Assembly: GCA_963767005.1 (NCBI GenBank)
Contig: CAVYCN010000010.1
Coordinates: 32,001 to 96,000, forward strand
Direction of reading: 5' to 3'
Source: an uncultured Actinomycetes bacterium
Lineage (GTDB): Bacteria > Actinomycetota > Thermoleophilia > UBA2241
Length of the DNA: 64,000 nucleotides
Made by a program: the position numbers and the translations under genes. The notes under the pieces were generated by a model. That model ran no database searches and was not told the DNA's origin. It saw only the letters and a program-made list of their open reading frames with translations. Shown here one piece after another: positions 18,918 to 29,105 of this stretch (the first letter of the stretch is position 1; each line of letters opens with the position of its first letter).

Positions 18918-19176
18918 TCCCCTCGCCTCGCACGCCCGGCGCGACGGCTGGCAGGCCGTCGCCGGCGCAGCTCTGCCGCGTCCTGAGGCCGGCGCGCGCA
19001 TGCCCCCAGCCGGACGGCGCTGCCGCGCCGCGCCGGAGAACGGTCGGGCGAGGGGACACGCGACACCCCTCGCCATCGAGCAGCATGGACGCCGCGAAAG
19101 AAAGGGCGCGGCAAGTACGGACGTGGCAGCCACGCGTGGGCGCGCCGCGTCGCCAGGCAAGGAAACGGAGCCACGG

Positions 19177-20103
19177 ATGAAACGCCACGCATTGACCATT
19201 GCGGCCCTCGCGCTGCTCGCGAGCGCCACCATGGCCGTCGCACTCAGTCCGGCGACCGCCCAAGCCCAGACCATCACCGGGAAGACCTACACCACCTACA
19301 GCGTGCCGTCGGGCACGCACGACGTGACGTTCAGCGGGTGCACGTTCAAGGGCGGCAACAGCTCGACTGCGGTGCTCACCTTGAACCACGCCTGCCACAA
19401 CCTGACCTTCAGTAGCTGCACGATCGCCTCGGGTGCGTGGAACGGCGTCACGATCAACGTGACCAACGGCAACATCCACGACATCACCTTCACGGGTTGC
19501 CACATCCTGGCCCAGGGCCGGATGGGCATCGAGTGCACGCAGCGGCCTGCCTCGAACACGGTCGGCTACAAGAACATCAAGGTCGTGAACACAGTGATCG
19601 AGCCGTCGGGCGAGGAAGCCATGTCGTTCGACGGTGGCTACTTCGCCGCCAACTGTCTGATCGACGGCGTCACGATCAACGGCTCCGACAACAAGGCCAA
19701 CCCGGCCTACTCCGGGGCCATCGAGATCAACGGCCCCACGCACTTCACCGTGCAGAACACGACGATCTACGCGTGCCGCAAGAACGCCTTCAACCTCGAA
19801 GGGCCCAAGGGCGTGAACGGCGCGCTCGTCTTCAAGAACGACACCGTCGACTACAGCGTCCGCAAGGAGAGCTACGCGACCGACAGCTCGACGGCTCGCC
19901 TCACGGAGATGCAGAACGTGAACGGCGCCGTCTTCAGCGGCTGCAAGTTCGTGCTCGGCAGCGCCTGGAACGCGGGCTACTGGACGAACTGCTCGAACAA
20001 CAAGATGTCGGGCAGCACCGTGACCGGCAAGCTCGCGGCCGGACGGAGCATGTGGTCGCTGAACGGCAGCTGCTCCGGCAACACCATGCCGAAGCAGGTC
20101 TGA
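19177..20103 (+). CDS. Secreted right-handed parallel beta-helix protein
   Basis: Signal peptide ending AQA; repeated H(D/N)(V/L/I)TF(S/T)xC(T/H)(F/I) coils; Asn/Cys/Thr-rich; strong coding codon bias. Confidence 0.75.
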   Translation: MKRHALTIAALALLASATMAVALSPATAQAQTITGKTYTTYSVPSGTHDVTFSGCTFKGGNSSTAVLTLNHACHNLTFSSCTIASGAWNGVTINVTNGNIHDITFTGCHILAQGRMGIECTQRPASNTVGYKNIKVVNTVIEPSGEEAMSFDGGYFAANCLIDGVTINGSDNKANPAYSGAIEINGPTHFTVQNTTIYACRKNAFNLEGPKGVNGALVFKNDTVDYSVRKESYATDSSTARLTEMQNVNGAVFSGCKFVLGSAWNAGYWTNCSNNKMSGSTVTGKLAAGRSMWSLNGSCSGNTMPKQV

Positions 20104-20116
20104 CCCAGTGAGCGGC

Positions 20117-20148
20117 GCGGGGCGGGCGGCGTACGCCGCCCGCCCCGC
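20117..20148. terminator. 32-bp perfect palindrome, probable terminator
   Basis: GCGGGGCGGGCGGCGT|ACGCCGCCCGCCCCGC after the beta-helix gene. Confidence 0.6.
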
Positions 20149-20214
20149 CTCCTGTGCGGGCGTCCATAGACGTAGAATGGTCGCGGTGCAGGCGATCTCA
20201 GAGGGGGGATCCAC

Positions 20215-21939
20215 ATGGGTGACGACGGTCGGTTCCAGCACGAGTACGCCGAGCATCTCGTGCGCGAGGCGCTCGCGGGGCGGCTGACACGACGCGAGCT
20301 GCTCGTGCGCGCCGGCGTCGTGGGGCTGTCGGCGACGCTGCTCGGCCAGGTCCTGGCCGCGTGCGGCGGCTCGAGCACGGGCTCATCGTCGACGCCGGCG
20401 ACGGGCGGCTCGCCCAAGAAGGGCGGCACGCTGGTGTTCGCCTGGGACTCCGAGCCGGCGTCGCTCGACCCCGCCATCGCCTGGAACCTCGTCGACTGGC
20501 AGGTCGAGCACAACGTCTTCGAGAGTCTCTATCGGTACAAGTCCGTCCCGGGCGAGGCCGGCACGCAGCTCGAGCCGGCCATGGCGGTCGCCATGCCCGA
20601 GCTCAGCAACGGCGGCAGGACCTACACCATCAAGCTCAAACCCGGCCTCCTGTTCCAGCCGCCGGTCAACCGCGAGGTCACGGCGCAGGATTTCAAGTAC
20701 AGCTTCGAGCGCATGATGCGTCTGCCCAACGCACCGGGCACCTATTTCTACACGAGCGTCGTGGGCGCGACCGACTTCCAGAAGGGCAAGGCGCCTCACG
20801 TGGCCGGCTACAAGGCACTCGACAAGTACACGATCCAGATCGACCTCGAGGAGCCGAACCTCGCCTTCCTGAACGCCATCACGGTCGACTTCTGCGACCC
20901 CATCCCCAAGGAGTGGGTCGACAAGTGGGGCACGAAGGTGGCCCGTCACCCGCTGGGCACCGGGCCGTACTCGTTCGTGAGCTGGACGCCGGGCCAGGAC
21001 ATCGTGCTACAGCGCAACCCCAACTATCGCGACGCCGACAAGGTGATGCTCGACGGCATCAGGTTCGAGCTCGACGACGGCGCCGAGGCGGCCTTCCTCA
21101 AGCTCCAGGCGGGCGACGTCGACGTGCTCGGCAACAACGTGCCGCCGGCCAATGTGCTGTCGGTCACCAGCAGCGCCGAGTGGAAGCCCTACGTCTACGA
21201 GGAGCCGGTGATCGGCACCATCTACCTGTTCCTGAACGTGCAGTTCCCGCCGCTCGACAACGTCCTCGTGCGCCAGGCGGTGAGCTGGGCGATCGACCGC
21301 GACAAGCTCGTCAAGCTGCTCACAGGACAGGCCCAGGCCCTCTACCAGGTGTTTCCGCCCGGCATGCCGGGCTACCAGTCCGGAAAGCGGTGGTACGGCT
21401 ACGACCCCGACAAGGCCAAGGCGCTGCTCGCCCAGGCGGGCTATCCGAACGGCTTCAAGACCATGCTCTACACCGACAACGTCGACCCGTACCCCAAGCT
21501 CTTCCAGTCGATCCAGAACGACCTCGAGGCCGTCGGGATCCAGGCCGGCCTGCGCACCATGAGCAACTCGACCTACTACACCTTCGCCTCGACCGCCCAC
21601 AACGCAGCCATCGGCCGGTACCTGTGGTACATGGACTTCCCCGACCCCTCCGACTGGATCTCGCCACTGTTCTCCAAGGCCGCGGCGGTCTCCGAGGGCA
21701 CCAACGGCAGCTTCTGGTGGAGCCCCAAGCTCGAGGCGATGATCGCCGAGGCGCAGACCATGACCGACGCCGCGGCGCGCATCGCCAAGTACGACGAGAT
21801 GCAGGCCTACATCATGGAGCAGGCGCCGTATGTGACGCTGTACTCGCCCGTCATGTCGACGATGTGCTCCAAGCGGGTGCGCGGCTTCTACCTGCACGAG
21901 GTCTTCACCTACGACCCGATCAAGTACTGGATCGACTAG
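20215..21939 (+). CDS. ABC peptide-binding protein (family 5), Tat lipoprotein
   Basis: TRRELL twin-Arg motif and LAAC lipobox; SLDPA, GTGPY and VRQAVSWAIDR motifs. Confidence 0.92.
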   Translation: MGDDGRFQHEYAEHLVREALAGRLTRRELLVRAGVVGLSATLLGQVLAACGGSSTGSSSTPATGGSPKKGGTLVFAWDSEPASLDPAIAWNLVDWQVEHNVFESLYRYKSVPGEAGTQLEPAMAVAMPELSNGGRTYTIKLKPGLLFQPPVNREVTAQDFKYSFERMMRLPNAPGTYFYTSVVGATDFQKGKAPHVAGYKALDKYTIQIDLEEPNLAFLNAITVDFCDPIPKEWVDKWGTKVARHPLGTGPYSFVSWTPGQDIVLQRNPNYRDADKVMLDGIRFELDDGAEAAFLKLQAGDVDVLGNNVPPANVLSVTSSAEWKPYVYEEPVIGTIYLFLNVQFPPLDNVLVRQAVSWAIDRDKLVKLLTGQAQALYQVFPPGMPGYQSGKRWYGYDPDKAKALLAQAGYPNGFKTMLYTDNVDPYPKLFQSIQNDLEAVGIQAGLRTMSNSTYYTFASTAHNAAIGRYLWYMDFPDPSDWISPLFSKAAAVSEGTNGSFWWSPKLEAMIAEAQTMTDAAARIAKYDEMQAYIMEQAPYVTLYSPVMSTMCSKRVRGFYLHEVFTYDPIKYWID

Positions 21940-22029
21940 CCGCGACGCCGCTACGCAAGCCGGAGCAGCAATGACGACGTCGCATGATGGCACGAGGCGC
22001 ACGACGCAGCCCCGCGGGGGCAGCGCACG

Positions 22030-23160
22030 ATGAGGGCGCGCGAGCTCGGCATCGAGATCGGCACGGGGCGGCCCGGGCCTGGCGACGCCATCACCGACGT
22101 GGCCGGCGTGCGGGTGGGCTGCGCGACCCTGATCGAGGGCGACGGTCCGCTCGCCGTGGGCCGCGGGCCGGTGCGCACGGGGGTCACTGTCGTCGTCCCC
22201 CGGAGCGAAGAGGTGAGCGAGCACCCGCTCTTCGCCGGCTGCCACCGCCTGAACGGCAACGGCGAGCTGACCGGCCTCGAGTGGGTGCGCGAGTCGGGCC
22301 TGCTCATGTCGCCGATCGCGCTCACCAACAGCCACTCGGTCGGCGTGGTACGCGACGCGCTCGTGCGTCGTGAGATCGAGGCGCGTCGCGCCGGCACCCT
22401 GTTCTGGAGCCTGCCGGTGGTGGGCGAGACCTGGGACGGCTGCCTGAACGACGTGAACGGCCAGCACGTGCGAGCCGAGCACGTGGCCGCCGCCCTGGCG
22501 GCCGCCGCCGCCGGCCCGGTGCCCGAGGGCAACGTCGGTGGCGGCACCGGCATGGTCTGCCACGACTTCAAGGGCGGTACCGGCACGGCGTCGCGCGTGG
22601 TCGAGGCAGGCGACGGTCACTACACGGTCGGCGTGCTCGTGCAGGCCAACCACGGCGCGCGCCCCGAGCTCGTCGTGAACGGTGCGCCGGTGGGTCGCGT
22701 GCTGCATGAGGGCGTGGTGCCGGCGCCGGTGCTGCCCGAGGAGGCGCCGCCGGCCGGCGCCGGCTCGATCATCGCCGTCGTGGCCACCGACGCGCCGCTG
22801 ATCCCCACGCAGCTCGATCGCCTCGCGCAGCGCGCCGGATTCGGCGTCGCCTCGCTTGGGGCCTGGGCGAGCAACTACAGCGGCGACCTGTTCCTCGCCT
22901 TCTCGACCGCCAACCGCGACCTGCCGCCCATGAACTACGGCTCCGGCGGGCCGCCGGTCGTGCCGCTCGAGATGCTCTCGCTCTGCGCGATCGACCCGTT
23001 CCTCGAGGCGGTGGTCGAAGCGACCGCCGAGGCCATCCTCAACGCCATGCTGCAGGCCGAGACTATGATCGGGCGCGACGGCGTGACGGCCCACGCGCTC
23101 GACGGTCAGGCCCTGGTCGAGGTGCTCGACCGCTATGGGCGGCGGACGGCGCGGCTGTAG
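22030..23160 (+). CDS. dmpA: DmpA-like P1/S58 aminopeptidase
   Basis: ITDVAGVRVG, NGNGELTG, PVVGETWDG, FKGGTGTASR, AG|SII cleavage site and SGDLFLAFST. Confidence 0.9.
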   Translation: MRARELGIEIGTGRPGPGDAITDVAGVRVGCATLIEGDGPLAVGRGPVRTGVTVVVPRSEEVSEHPLFAGCHRLNGNGELTGLEWVRESGLLMSPIALTNSHSVGVVRDALVRREIEARRAGTLFWSLPVVGETWDGCLNDVNGQHVRAEHVAAALAAAAAGPVPEGNVGGGTGMVCHDFKGGTGTASRVVEAGDGHYTVGVLVQANHGARPELVVNGAPVGRVLHEGVVPAPVLPEEAPPAGAGSIIAVVATDAPLIPTQLDRLAQRAGFGVASLGAWASNYSGDLFLAFSTANRDLPPMNYGSGGPPVVPLEMLSLCAIDPFLEAVVEATAEAILNAMLQAETMIGRDGVTAHALDGQALVEVLDRYGRRTARL

Positions 23161-23332
23161 GCCGCGCCGTCCGCCGCGATCGCAGGTCGCCCCGGCCGCT
23201 GGCGCGGCGCACTCGGCACGAAGAGTGCGTACCGCTGGTCGGTCTACGCGACCGACGCCGCCGGACACCACCAGCGCATCGCCGGCTCGAGCACGCTGAC
23301 GGTCGGGTGAGGCGTGCGGCGCGGCGCACCGT

Positions 23333-23341
23333 TGCTATACT
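23333..23341 (+). promoter_or_regulatory. Extended -10 TGcTATACT, probable leaderless promoter
   Basis: Lies 7 nt before ATG 23349, with no SD. Confidence 0.55.
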
Positions 23342-23348
23342 CTCCGCA

Positions 23349-24878
23349 ATGCCGCTGATCACCCGCATCACCCCCGAACAGCTCGTCGACCGTCGCTGGC
23401 AGCTGCTCGCCCTCACCTCGGTGGGCGCCTTCATGGGGCCGCTCGACGGCTCGATCGTCGCCGTGGCGTTGCCCAAGATGGGCAAGGACCTCGACCTCAC
23501 CTTCACCACGTCGATCTGGGTGCAGGCCGTCTATCTGCTGGTCATGGCGGTGCTGCTGATACCGCTCGGCCGCCTGGCCGACCGTCGCGGCCGCGTGCAC
23601 TACTACCTCGGCGGCGTCGCGCTCTTTACCGTCGGGTCGCTGCTGTCGGGGCTCAGCATGAACGTCACGTGGCTGATCGCGAGCCGGGCTGTGCAGGGCG
23701 TCGGCGCGGCGCTGCTCGTGGCCACGTCCACGGCGATCGTGACGGCGGTGTTCCCGCCCCGGGAACGCGGCCGCGCCCTGGGCATCAACGTCATGGCCGT
23801 GTACCTCGGCCTCACCGTAGGGCCGCCGCTCGGCGGCTTTCTGACCGACAGCCTCGGCTGGCGCTCGATCTTCTTCGTGAACATCCCGATCGGCGTCGCC
23901 GTCGCCGTCTGCGGCTACCTGCTGCTGCCCCGTCACGAGCGCGGCAACGAGCGCGCCGGCGGCTCGGACCCGGTGGGCACAGTCCTGTGGGCGCTCACGC
24001 TCATCTGTCTGCTCGTGCCGGTGAGCTTCGCGTCCGAGTGGGGCTGGACCTCGGCGCGCACGCTCGGCCTGCTCGCCGCCGCGGCGGCCGCCCTGGCCCT
24101 CTTCGCGGCAGTCGAGCTGCGTCACCGCACGCCGCTGCTCAGCCTCGACCTGGTGCTCCACAACCGCCTCTTCGCCGCGGCCAACGGCGCCGCCCTGCTC
24201 AACTACATGGCGCTGGGCGCGGTCACCATCCTGACGGCCGACTACCTCGAGATCGCGCAGCATCACAGCGCCGGTCTCACCGGCTGGCTCATGCTCGCCC
24301 AGCCGACGATGATGGCGGCCCTCAGCCCGTTCGCCGGGCGTCTCAGCGACCGGGTCGGCTCGCGGCTGCTGTCGAGCGGCGGCATGGTGGTGGTGGCCGC
24401 CGGCATGGTGCTGCTCGCCACCCTGCCGGCGACATCCGGCCTGCCGCGCGTGATGGGCAGCCTCGCCGTGGTCGGCCTCGGCATGGCCGCCTTCAGCGCG
24501 CCCAACACGAGCGCGATCATGGGCAGCGTCGACAGGGATCAGCTCGGTCTGGCGGGGGCGTTCGTCGGCACCATGCGCGTCACCGGCCAGTCGCTCAGCG
24601 TGGCTGTGCTGTCGGCCATCGCGGCGAGCTCGCTGGGCCGGTACGGCATCCAGTGGCTGCTGCGCCTGGGCACGCCGGTGCCGGGCCAGAGCCGCGCCGC
24701 CGCGCACGCCGTCGCGGCCCACGTCGCGCTCGACTACGCCCACGGCTACCGCCAGGCCATGCTGGCCGGCGCGGCCCTCGCCTTCGTCGGCGCCCTGCTG
24801 TCGCTCACCCGCGGCCAGCACGTGCCGCACGGGGCGCAGGCGGGGGAGAGGTCTTCCCTCGCCAAGAGCGAAAGCTGA
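23349..24878 (+). CDS. DHA2-family (14 TM) MFS efflux transporter
   Basis: LDGSIVAVALP, GRLADRRGR, ERGRALG, GPPLGG and WRSIFFVNIPIG motifs. Confidence 0.92.
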   Translation: MPLITRITPEQLVDRRWQLLALTSVGAFMGPLDGSIVAVALPKMGKDLDLTFTTSIWVQAVYLLVMAVLLIPLGRLADRRGRVHYYLGGVALFTVGSLLSGLSMNVTWLIASRAVQGVGAALLVATSTAIVTAVFPPRERGRALGINVMAVYLGLTVGPPLGGFLTDSLGWRSIFFVNIPIGVAVAVCGYLLLPRHERGNERAGGSDPVGTVLWALTLICLLVPVSFASEWGWTSARTLGLLAAAAAALALFAAVELRHRTPLLSLDLVLHNRLFAAANGAALLNYMALGAVTILTADYLEIAQHHSAGLTGWLMLAQPTMMAALSPFAGRLSDRVGSRLLSSGGMVVVAAGMVLLATLPATSGLPRVMGSLAVVGLGMAAFSAPNTSAIMGSVDRDQLGLAGAFVGTMRVTGQSLSVAVLSAIAASSLGRYGIQWLLRLGTPVPGQSRAAAHAVAAHVALDYAHGYRQAMLAGAALAFVGALLSLTRGQHVPHGAQAGERSSLAKSES

Positions 24879-25072
24879 CCGCGGCGACCGCGGCGCAACC
24901 GCGGCGCAACAATGCGTAACACGGCCATCATATGGCGGTGCGAGATTCTCGACCGGCGCGCACGACGCGCCGCGCGCAGGCGGCGTGGCAGTCAGGCGCG
25001 CGGTGGGTCGCCCTGCGGGGCGACCCACCGCGCGCCGGCGCGGAAGACCCGACGACGGAGCGCGACGAGGAC

Positions 25073-26179
25073 ATGAGTGACAACGACGAGCGCGGCGGGC
25101 AGACGACGCCGCAACGTGAGGCTGCCGTGACGGGCGGCGACCGGGGGACGCCCGCCGGGCAGGACGAGGTCGCGCGCGCTCTGGTGACCGACCTGAGCGC
25201 GGCGCGTGAGGCGGCCGAGCGGAACGCAAACCCCGTGGTCCTGTCGACCCACGACCTGACCAAGCGCTTCGCCAAGACCCTGGCCGTCGATCGCCTGAAC
25301 CTCACCGTGCGCCGCGGCGACGTGTTCGGCTTCCTGGGGCCCAACGGCGCCGGCAAGACCACGACGATCCGCATGATCGTCGGCCTCATCTATCCGACCA
25401 GCGGCTACGCTATCGTAGCCGACCACCGCGTGCCCGACGACAAGACCGAGGCGCTCAAGCACATCGGCGGCTTCGTCGAGGTGCCCGCTTTCTATGCCAA
25501 CATGAGCGCGCGCCGCAACCTGCGCCTGATGGGTTCGCTCAACGGCGAGGTCGAAGAGAAGCGCATCGACGAGGTCCTCGACATCGTCGGCCTGCGCGAG
25601 CGTGCCGACTCCAAGATCGGCGACTACTCGCACGGCATGAAGCAGCGCCTCGGCATCGCCAACGCGCTCATCAACGCACCTGAGCTCGTCATCTTGGACG
25701 AGCCCACGAGCGGCCTCGACCCGCAGGGCATGAAGGACGTCCGTGAGCTCGTGCGCGAGCTCGGCAGCGGCGGCACGACCGTCTTTTTGTCGAGCCACCT
25801 GCTGCACGAGGTCGAGCAGGTCTGCAACCGCGCCGCGATCTTAAACAGGGGGCGCGTGGTCGTCGAGGGGCCGGTCAGCGAGCTGCACCCCGAGCACTCG
25901 GCGGTGAAGCTGCTGACCGCCGACCAGCAGCGCGCCCATGCGGTGGTCGCCGAGCTGCTCGGCGGCCAGAGCGTGTCCGACGACGAGGAGTACCTCATAG
26001 TCGAGGCCGCCGACAGCGACGTGCGCGAGATGGTGCGCCGCCTGGTCGCCGCCGGCATCGGTGTCGATGCCGTCATCCCGGCCCGCGAGCAGGGTCTCGA
26101 GGACTTCTTCCTGGGCCTCACGCAGAGCTCTGATGTGGACGCCGCCGGAGCGGCCGGTGTGGGCGGAGGTGCGCGATGA
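25073..26179 (+). CDS. ABC exporter ATP-binding protein (BcrA-like)
   Basis: GPNGAGKT Walker A, YSHGMKQRLG signature, ILDEP Walker B and SSH. Confidence 0.92.
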   Translation: MSDNDERGGQTTPQREAAVTGGDRGTPAGQDEVARALVTDLSAAREAAERNANPVVLSTHDLTKRFAKTLAVDRLNLTVRRGDVFGFLGPNGAGKTTTIRMIVGLIYPTSGYAIVADHRVPDDKTEALKHIGGFVEVPAFYANMSARRNLRLMGSLNGEVEEKRIDEVLDIVGLRERADSKIGDYSHGMKQRLGIANALINAPELVILDEPTSGLDPQGMKDVRELVRELGSGGTTVFLSSHLLHEVEQVCNRAAILNRGRVVVEGPVSELHPEHSAVKLLTADQQRAHAVVAELLGGQSVSDDEEYLIVEAADSDVREMVRRLVAAGIGVDAVIPAREQGLEDFFLGLTQSSDVDAAGAAGVGGGAR

Positions 26180-26985
26180 AGCTGCTGCAGCGCGAGCTCG
26201 TCAAGCTCATCCATCAGAAGCGCAGCTACGTGGGCTGGGGCGGCCTGCTGGCCGTGCCGTTGCTGGTCACCCTGGCGCTCTACCTCAATCGCAACAACCG
26301 CCACGACAACGGCCCCGGCGGCATCGTCTCGCTGGCCCGCCACGACGGCCTCTTCATGCCGCTGGCCGCCGTCCTGCTGCTCTCTGCCTTCCTGCTGCCG
26401 CTGCTGGCCTCGATGGTGGGTGCCTACCAGCTCGCCGGCGAGTCGGAGACCGGCACCATCAAGACCTGGCTCATGCACGCGGTGAGCCGCGGCGGCGTGC
26501 TCGCCTCGAAATGGGGCATCGCGATCATCTACGTGGCCATCGGCCTCGTGCTCGTGTTCCTTGGCGGTCTGCTGGGCGGCGGTCTGGCCTTCGGCCTGCA
26601 CGCCCCCGTCCTGCTGACGGGTCAGACGGTGAGCGTGGCTCACGGTCTCTGGCTGACGTTGCTCTCCTTCCTCTACGTGCTGGCCGGCATCATCTGCGTG
26701 CTCTCGCTTGCGTTGCTGTTCGCCACCTTCACCAACTCGAGCCTCACCGCGGCCATCGCCGCCCTCGTGGTCTTCATCGTGATGGGCATCCTCGGCGCCT
26801 TCAGCTACTTCGACTTCCTCAAGCCCTATCTTCTCACCAGCCACCTCGACGCCTGGCAGGGCTTTCTGAGCCAGCCCATCGACTGGCACCCGATCTGGAC
26901 CGGCATCGTGGCTTTTGCCATCTACATGGCGGCGCTGATGGCCGCAGCCTGGTATCAGTTCCGGCGCAAGGACATTCTCGTCTAG
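26176..26985 (+). CDS. ABC-2 type permease
   Basis: ATGA overlap with the ATPase; about 6 TM; AGESETGTIK...SRGGVLASK and C-terminal FRRKDI. Confidence 0.88.
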   Translation: MKLLQRELVKLIHQKRSYVGWGGLLAVPLLVTLALYLNRNNRHDNGPGGIVSLARHDGLFMPLAAVLLLSAFLLPLLASMVGAYQLAGESETGTIKTWLMHAVSRGGVLASKWGIAIIYVAIGLVLVFLGGLLGGGLAFGLHAPVLLTGQTVSVAHGLWLTLLSFLYVLAGIICVLSLALLFATFTNSSLTAAIAALVVFIVMGILGAFSYFDFLKPYLLTSHLDAWQGFLSQPIDWHPIWTGIVAFAIYMAALMAAAWYQFRRKDILV

Positions 26986-26990
26986 CGCCC

Positions 26991-28010
26991 TCAGCCCGTG
27001 CTCACGCGGCTCACGGCGAACGCGTGCGGCAGGTCGCGCACGACCGCCGCGACGAGCAGGGCGGCGGTCGCCGGGCGCATGTGGACGGCGTCGTAGAAGC
27101 CCGCCGGCGCGCCGCCGACGGCCGACAGCCGGCTGAAGTCGAGCAGGCTGAAGCGGTCGACGCGCGCCAGGCGGTGCAGGTAGGCGAGCATGAGCCGGTG
27201 GCGCACGTCCCAGCCGTGCGCCGCGATCGCCGCGAGGTAGCCGGGCTGCAGCGGCGCGAGTACGATGACCGGCCGAACCCCGAGGTCGTTCAGCCGGCGC
27301 AGAGTCATGTCGAAGTAGTGGCGCGGCTGCGCTTCGAACCGCGGCGGCGTGTGGCGGTAGAAGGCCAGGGTACTCGCCGCGTACGCGCTGACACGTTGCG
27401 CCAGTGTGCCGTCACGGGCCGCCGCCGAGATCGAGTCGGACAGGGTGAACCCGTCCGGGGCGATCACGCTCGGATGGAGGGCGCCGGCCGCGAGGGCGAC
27501 GTTGGCCGCCCTGCCCATGCGGTCGAGGCTCGCGTCAACCAGCGCGGCCGGCAGGAAGCGCGACAGGAACGGGTCTTCGAGCAGGGACGCGCCCGGCGTC
27601 CACTCGTCGAACTCGTCGCAGTGGATGATCCAGAGCACCGCAAAGCGCACGTGCGGAAAGCGGCCGTGCAGCAGGTTCACGAAGCACCACTCGTCCTGCG
27701 GCGTGGCGTGCTGCACGGCGGCGTTGAAGGCCGTGAGGCCGGTGAGCCGCCGGATGACGGCGGGGTCGACGCGCAGGGCGCGCGAGCCGCCCAGCACGAG
27801 CACTCGGGGAGCGGCCTTCATGTGCATGATGAGCTCGCTCTTGATGCCCCGGTCGGAGAGGGTCCAGTAGGCCGCGGCCGGGCCGCTCGCCGGCGGCGTG
27901 GCGGCCGCCGCCGACCGGCTCGAAGAGCCGGCGCAGCCGCAGAGGGCCGGGACCGCGAGCAGCGCGATCGACAGAGCAATGACCAGTCCGGTCCGCGCCC
28001 GGTTGCTCAA
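26991..28010 (-). CDS. Exported SGNH-like (DltD/AlgJ-type) protein, possible lipoprotein
   Basis: GGGAGGAG before TTG 28010; signal peptide with Cys; LGGSRA and FYDAVHM (DxxH) motifs. Confidence 0.6.
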   Translation of the reverse strand: MSNRARTGLVIALSIALLAVPALCGCAGSSSRSAAAATPPASGPAAAYWTLSDRGIKSELIMHMKAAPRVLVLGGSRALRVDPAVIRRLTGLTAFNAAVQHATPQDEWCFVNLLHGRFPHVRFAVLWIIHCDEFDEWTPGASLLEDPFLSRFLPAALVDASLDRMGRAANVALAAGALHPSVIAPDGFTLSDSISAAARDGTLAQRVSAYAASTLAFYRHTPPRFEAQPRHYFDMTLRRLNDLGVRPVIVLAPLQPGYLAAIAAHGWDVRHRLMLAYLHRLARVDRFSLLDFSRLSAVGGAPAGFYDAVHMRPATAALLVAAVVRDLPHAFAVSRVSTG

Positions 28011-28286
28011 GACTCCTCCCTGCGTGTCGGGGCCCGTCTGCGACGGCGGTCGCCTTCGTGTCGGCGTGAGGCCGCTCGCGAGGCTCGCAGCGGCACAGGG
28101 CCCCCTGTGAGGCGTGCCGCGGCACGGGACCATCCTCGAGGATACACGACGAGCCGGCGCGTACGAACGAGGACGCGCACCACGCGGGTATGCTTGCGGG
28201 GCGCTCCGCCGTGGCCGGCGCCCATGATCGCGTGTCGCCGGCGCCCGTGGCGGGGGCCGGGACGAGCCCTACACGAGGAGGACCAC

Positions 28287-29105
28287 GTGACCGACGTTCC
28301 CGCCGGCGGCTTCGCCGACGCCCGGTTCTTCGAGCTGCGACCGGGCGTCCATGTCATGCAGGCGCCGTCCTTCGCGGCCGACCCGGAGATCGGGCGAGCC
28401 CTGCGGCGCACGCTCAACGTCTGCCTCCTGGTCGACCGTGGCGTGGTGACCCTGGTCGACGCCGGCCTGCCCGGCGTACTGCCGGCGCTCGTCGTCTGCC
28501 TCGGCCGGATCGGGCTCGGTCTCGACGCGGTGCGGCGTGTGGTGGTCACGCACAGCCACGTGGACCACGTCGGCGGCCTGCCCGAGATCGTGGCCGCCAC
28601 GGGTGCCGAGGTGTGGGCCCACCGCGACGACGCCGGCATCATCGACGGCTCCGTGGCGCCGCCCGACACGAGCGCCCTGCTCGCCGGTCTGCGCACCCGC
28701 CTCGACGTGCTGCTCGCCGACCTTGCGCCCGGCAAGCGCGAGCTCGTGCTGCGCACGGCCGGCACGGTGTACCCGACCGAGCACGTGCCGGTCGACGTGC
28801 GTCTCGTCGGCGGCGAGGAGCTCGCCGTTCTGGGCGGCTGCCGCCTGCTGCACACGCCCGGTCACACGCCCGGCCACATGAGCCTGTTCCTGCCGTCTCT
28901 GAGCCTGCTGATCGCCGGCGACCTGCTCACGTTCGAGGCCGGCCACATCCTGCCGTCGGCCGACCTGCTGGCCGTCGACCCCGCCCTGCTGCACGAGTCG
29001 GTGCGCGCGGTCGCCGCCTTGCCGGTCGAAGCCTTCGTCGGGTATCACGGCGGCTGGGTGCTCCACAGCGCCGGCGTGCTGCTGCGCGGGACGGGCGGCC
29101 TCTGA
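28287..29105 (+). CDS. MBL-fold metallo-hydrolase
   Basis: GAGGAGG RBS and GTG start; LVDAG, THSHVDHVGG, TPGHTPGH, AGD and YHG motifs. Confidence 0.88.
   Translation: MTDVPAGGFADARFFELRPGVHVMQAPSFAADPEIGRALRRTLNVCLLVDRGVVTLVDAGLPGVLPALVVCLGRIGLGLDAVRRVVVTHSHVDHVGGLPEIVAATGAEVWAHRDDAGIIDGSVAPPDTSALLAGLRTRLDVLLADLAPGKRELVLRTAGTVYPTEHVPVDVRLVGGEELAVLGGCRLLHTPGHTPGHMSLFLPSLSLLIAGDLLTFEAGHILPSADLLAVDPALLHESVRAVAALPVEAFVGYHGGWVLHSAGVLLRGTGGL

Noticed and set aside
18470-19176. c-di-GMP-I or c-di-AMP riboswitch in the long intergenic region
   Set aside because: A GAAA-capped hairpin is present, but I could not match the conserved cores of either class; needs an Infernal scan.
26061-29105. 1014-aa ORF as one fusion protein
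   Set aside because: Only 28287-29105 has motifs and an RBS; the rest overlaps the ABC permease and a minus-strand gene.
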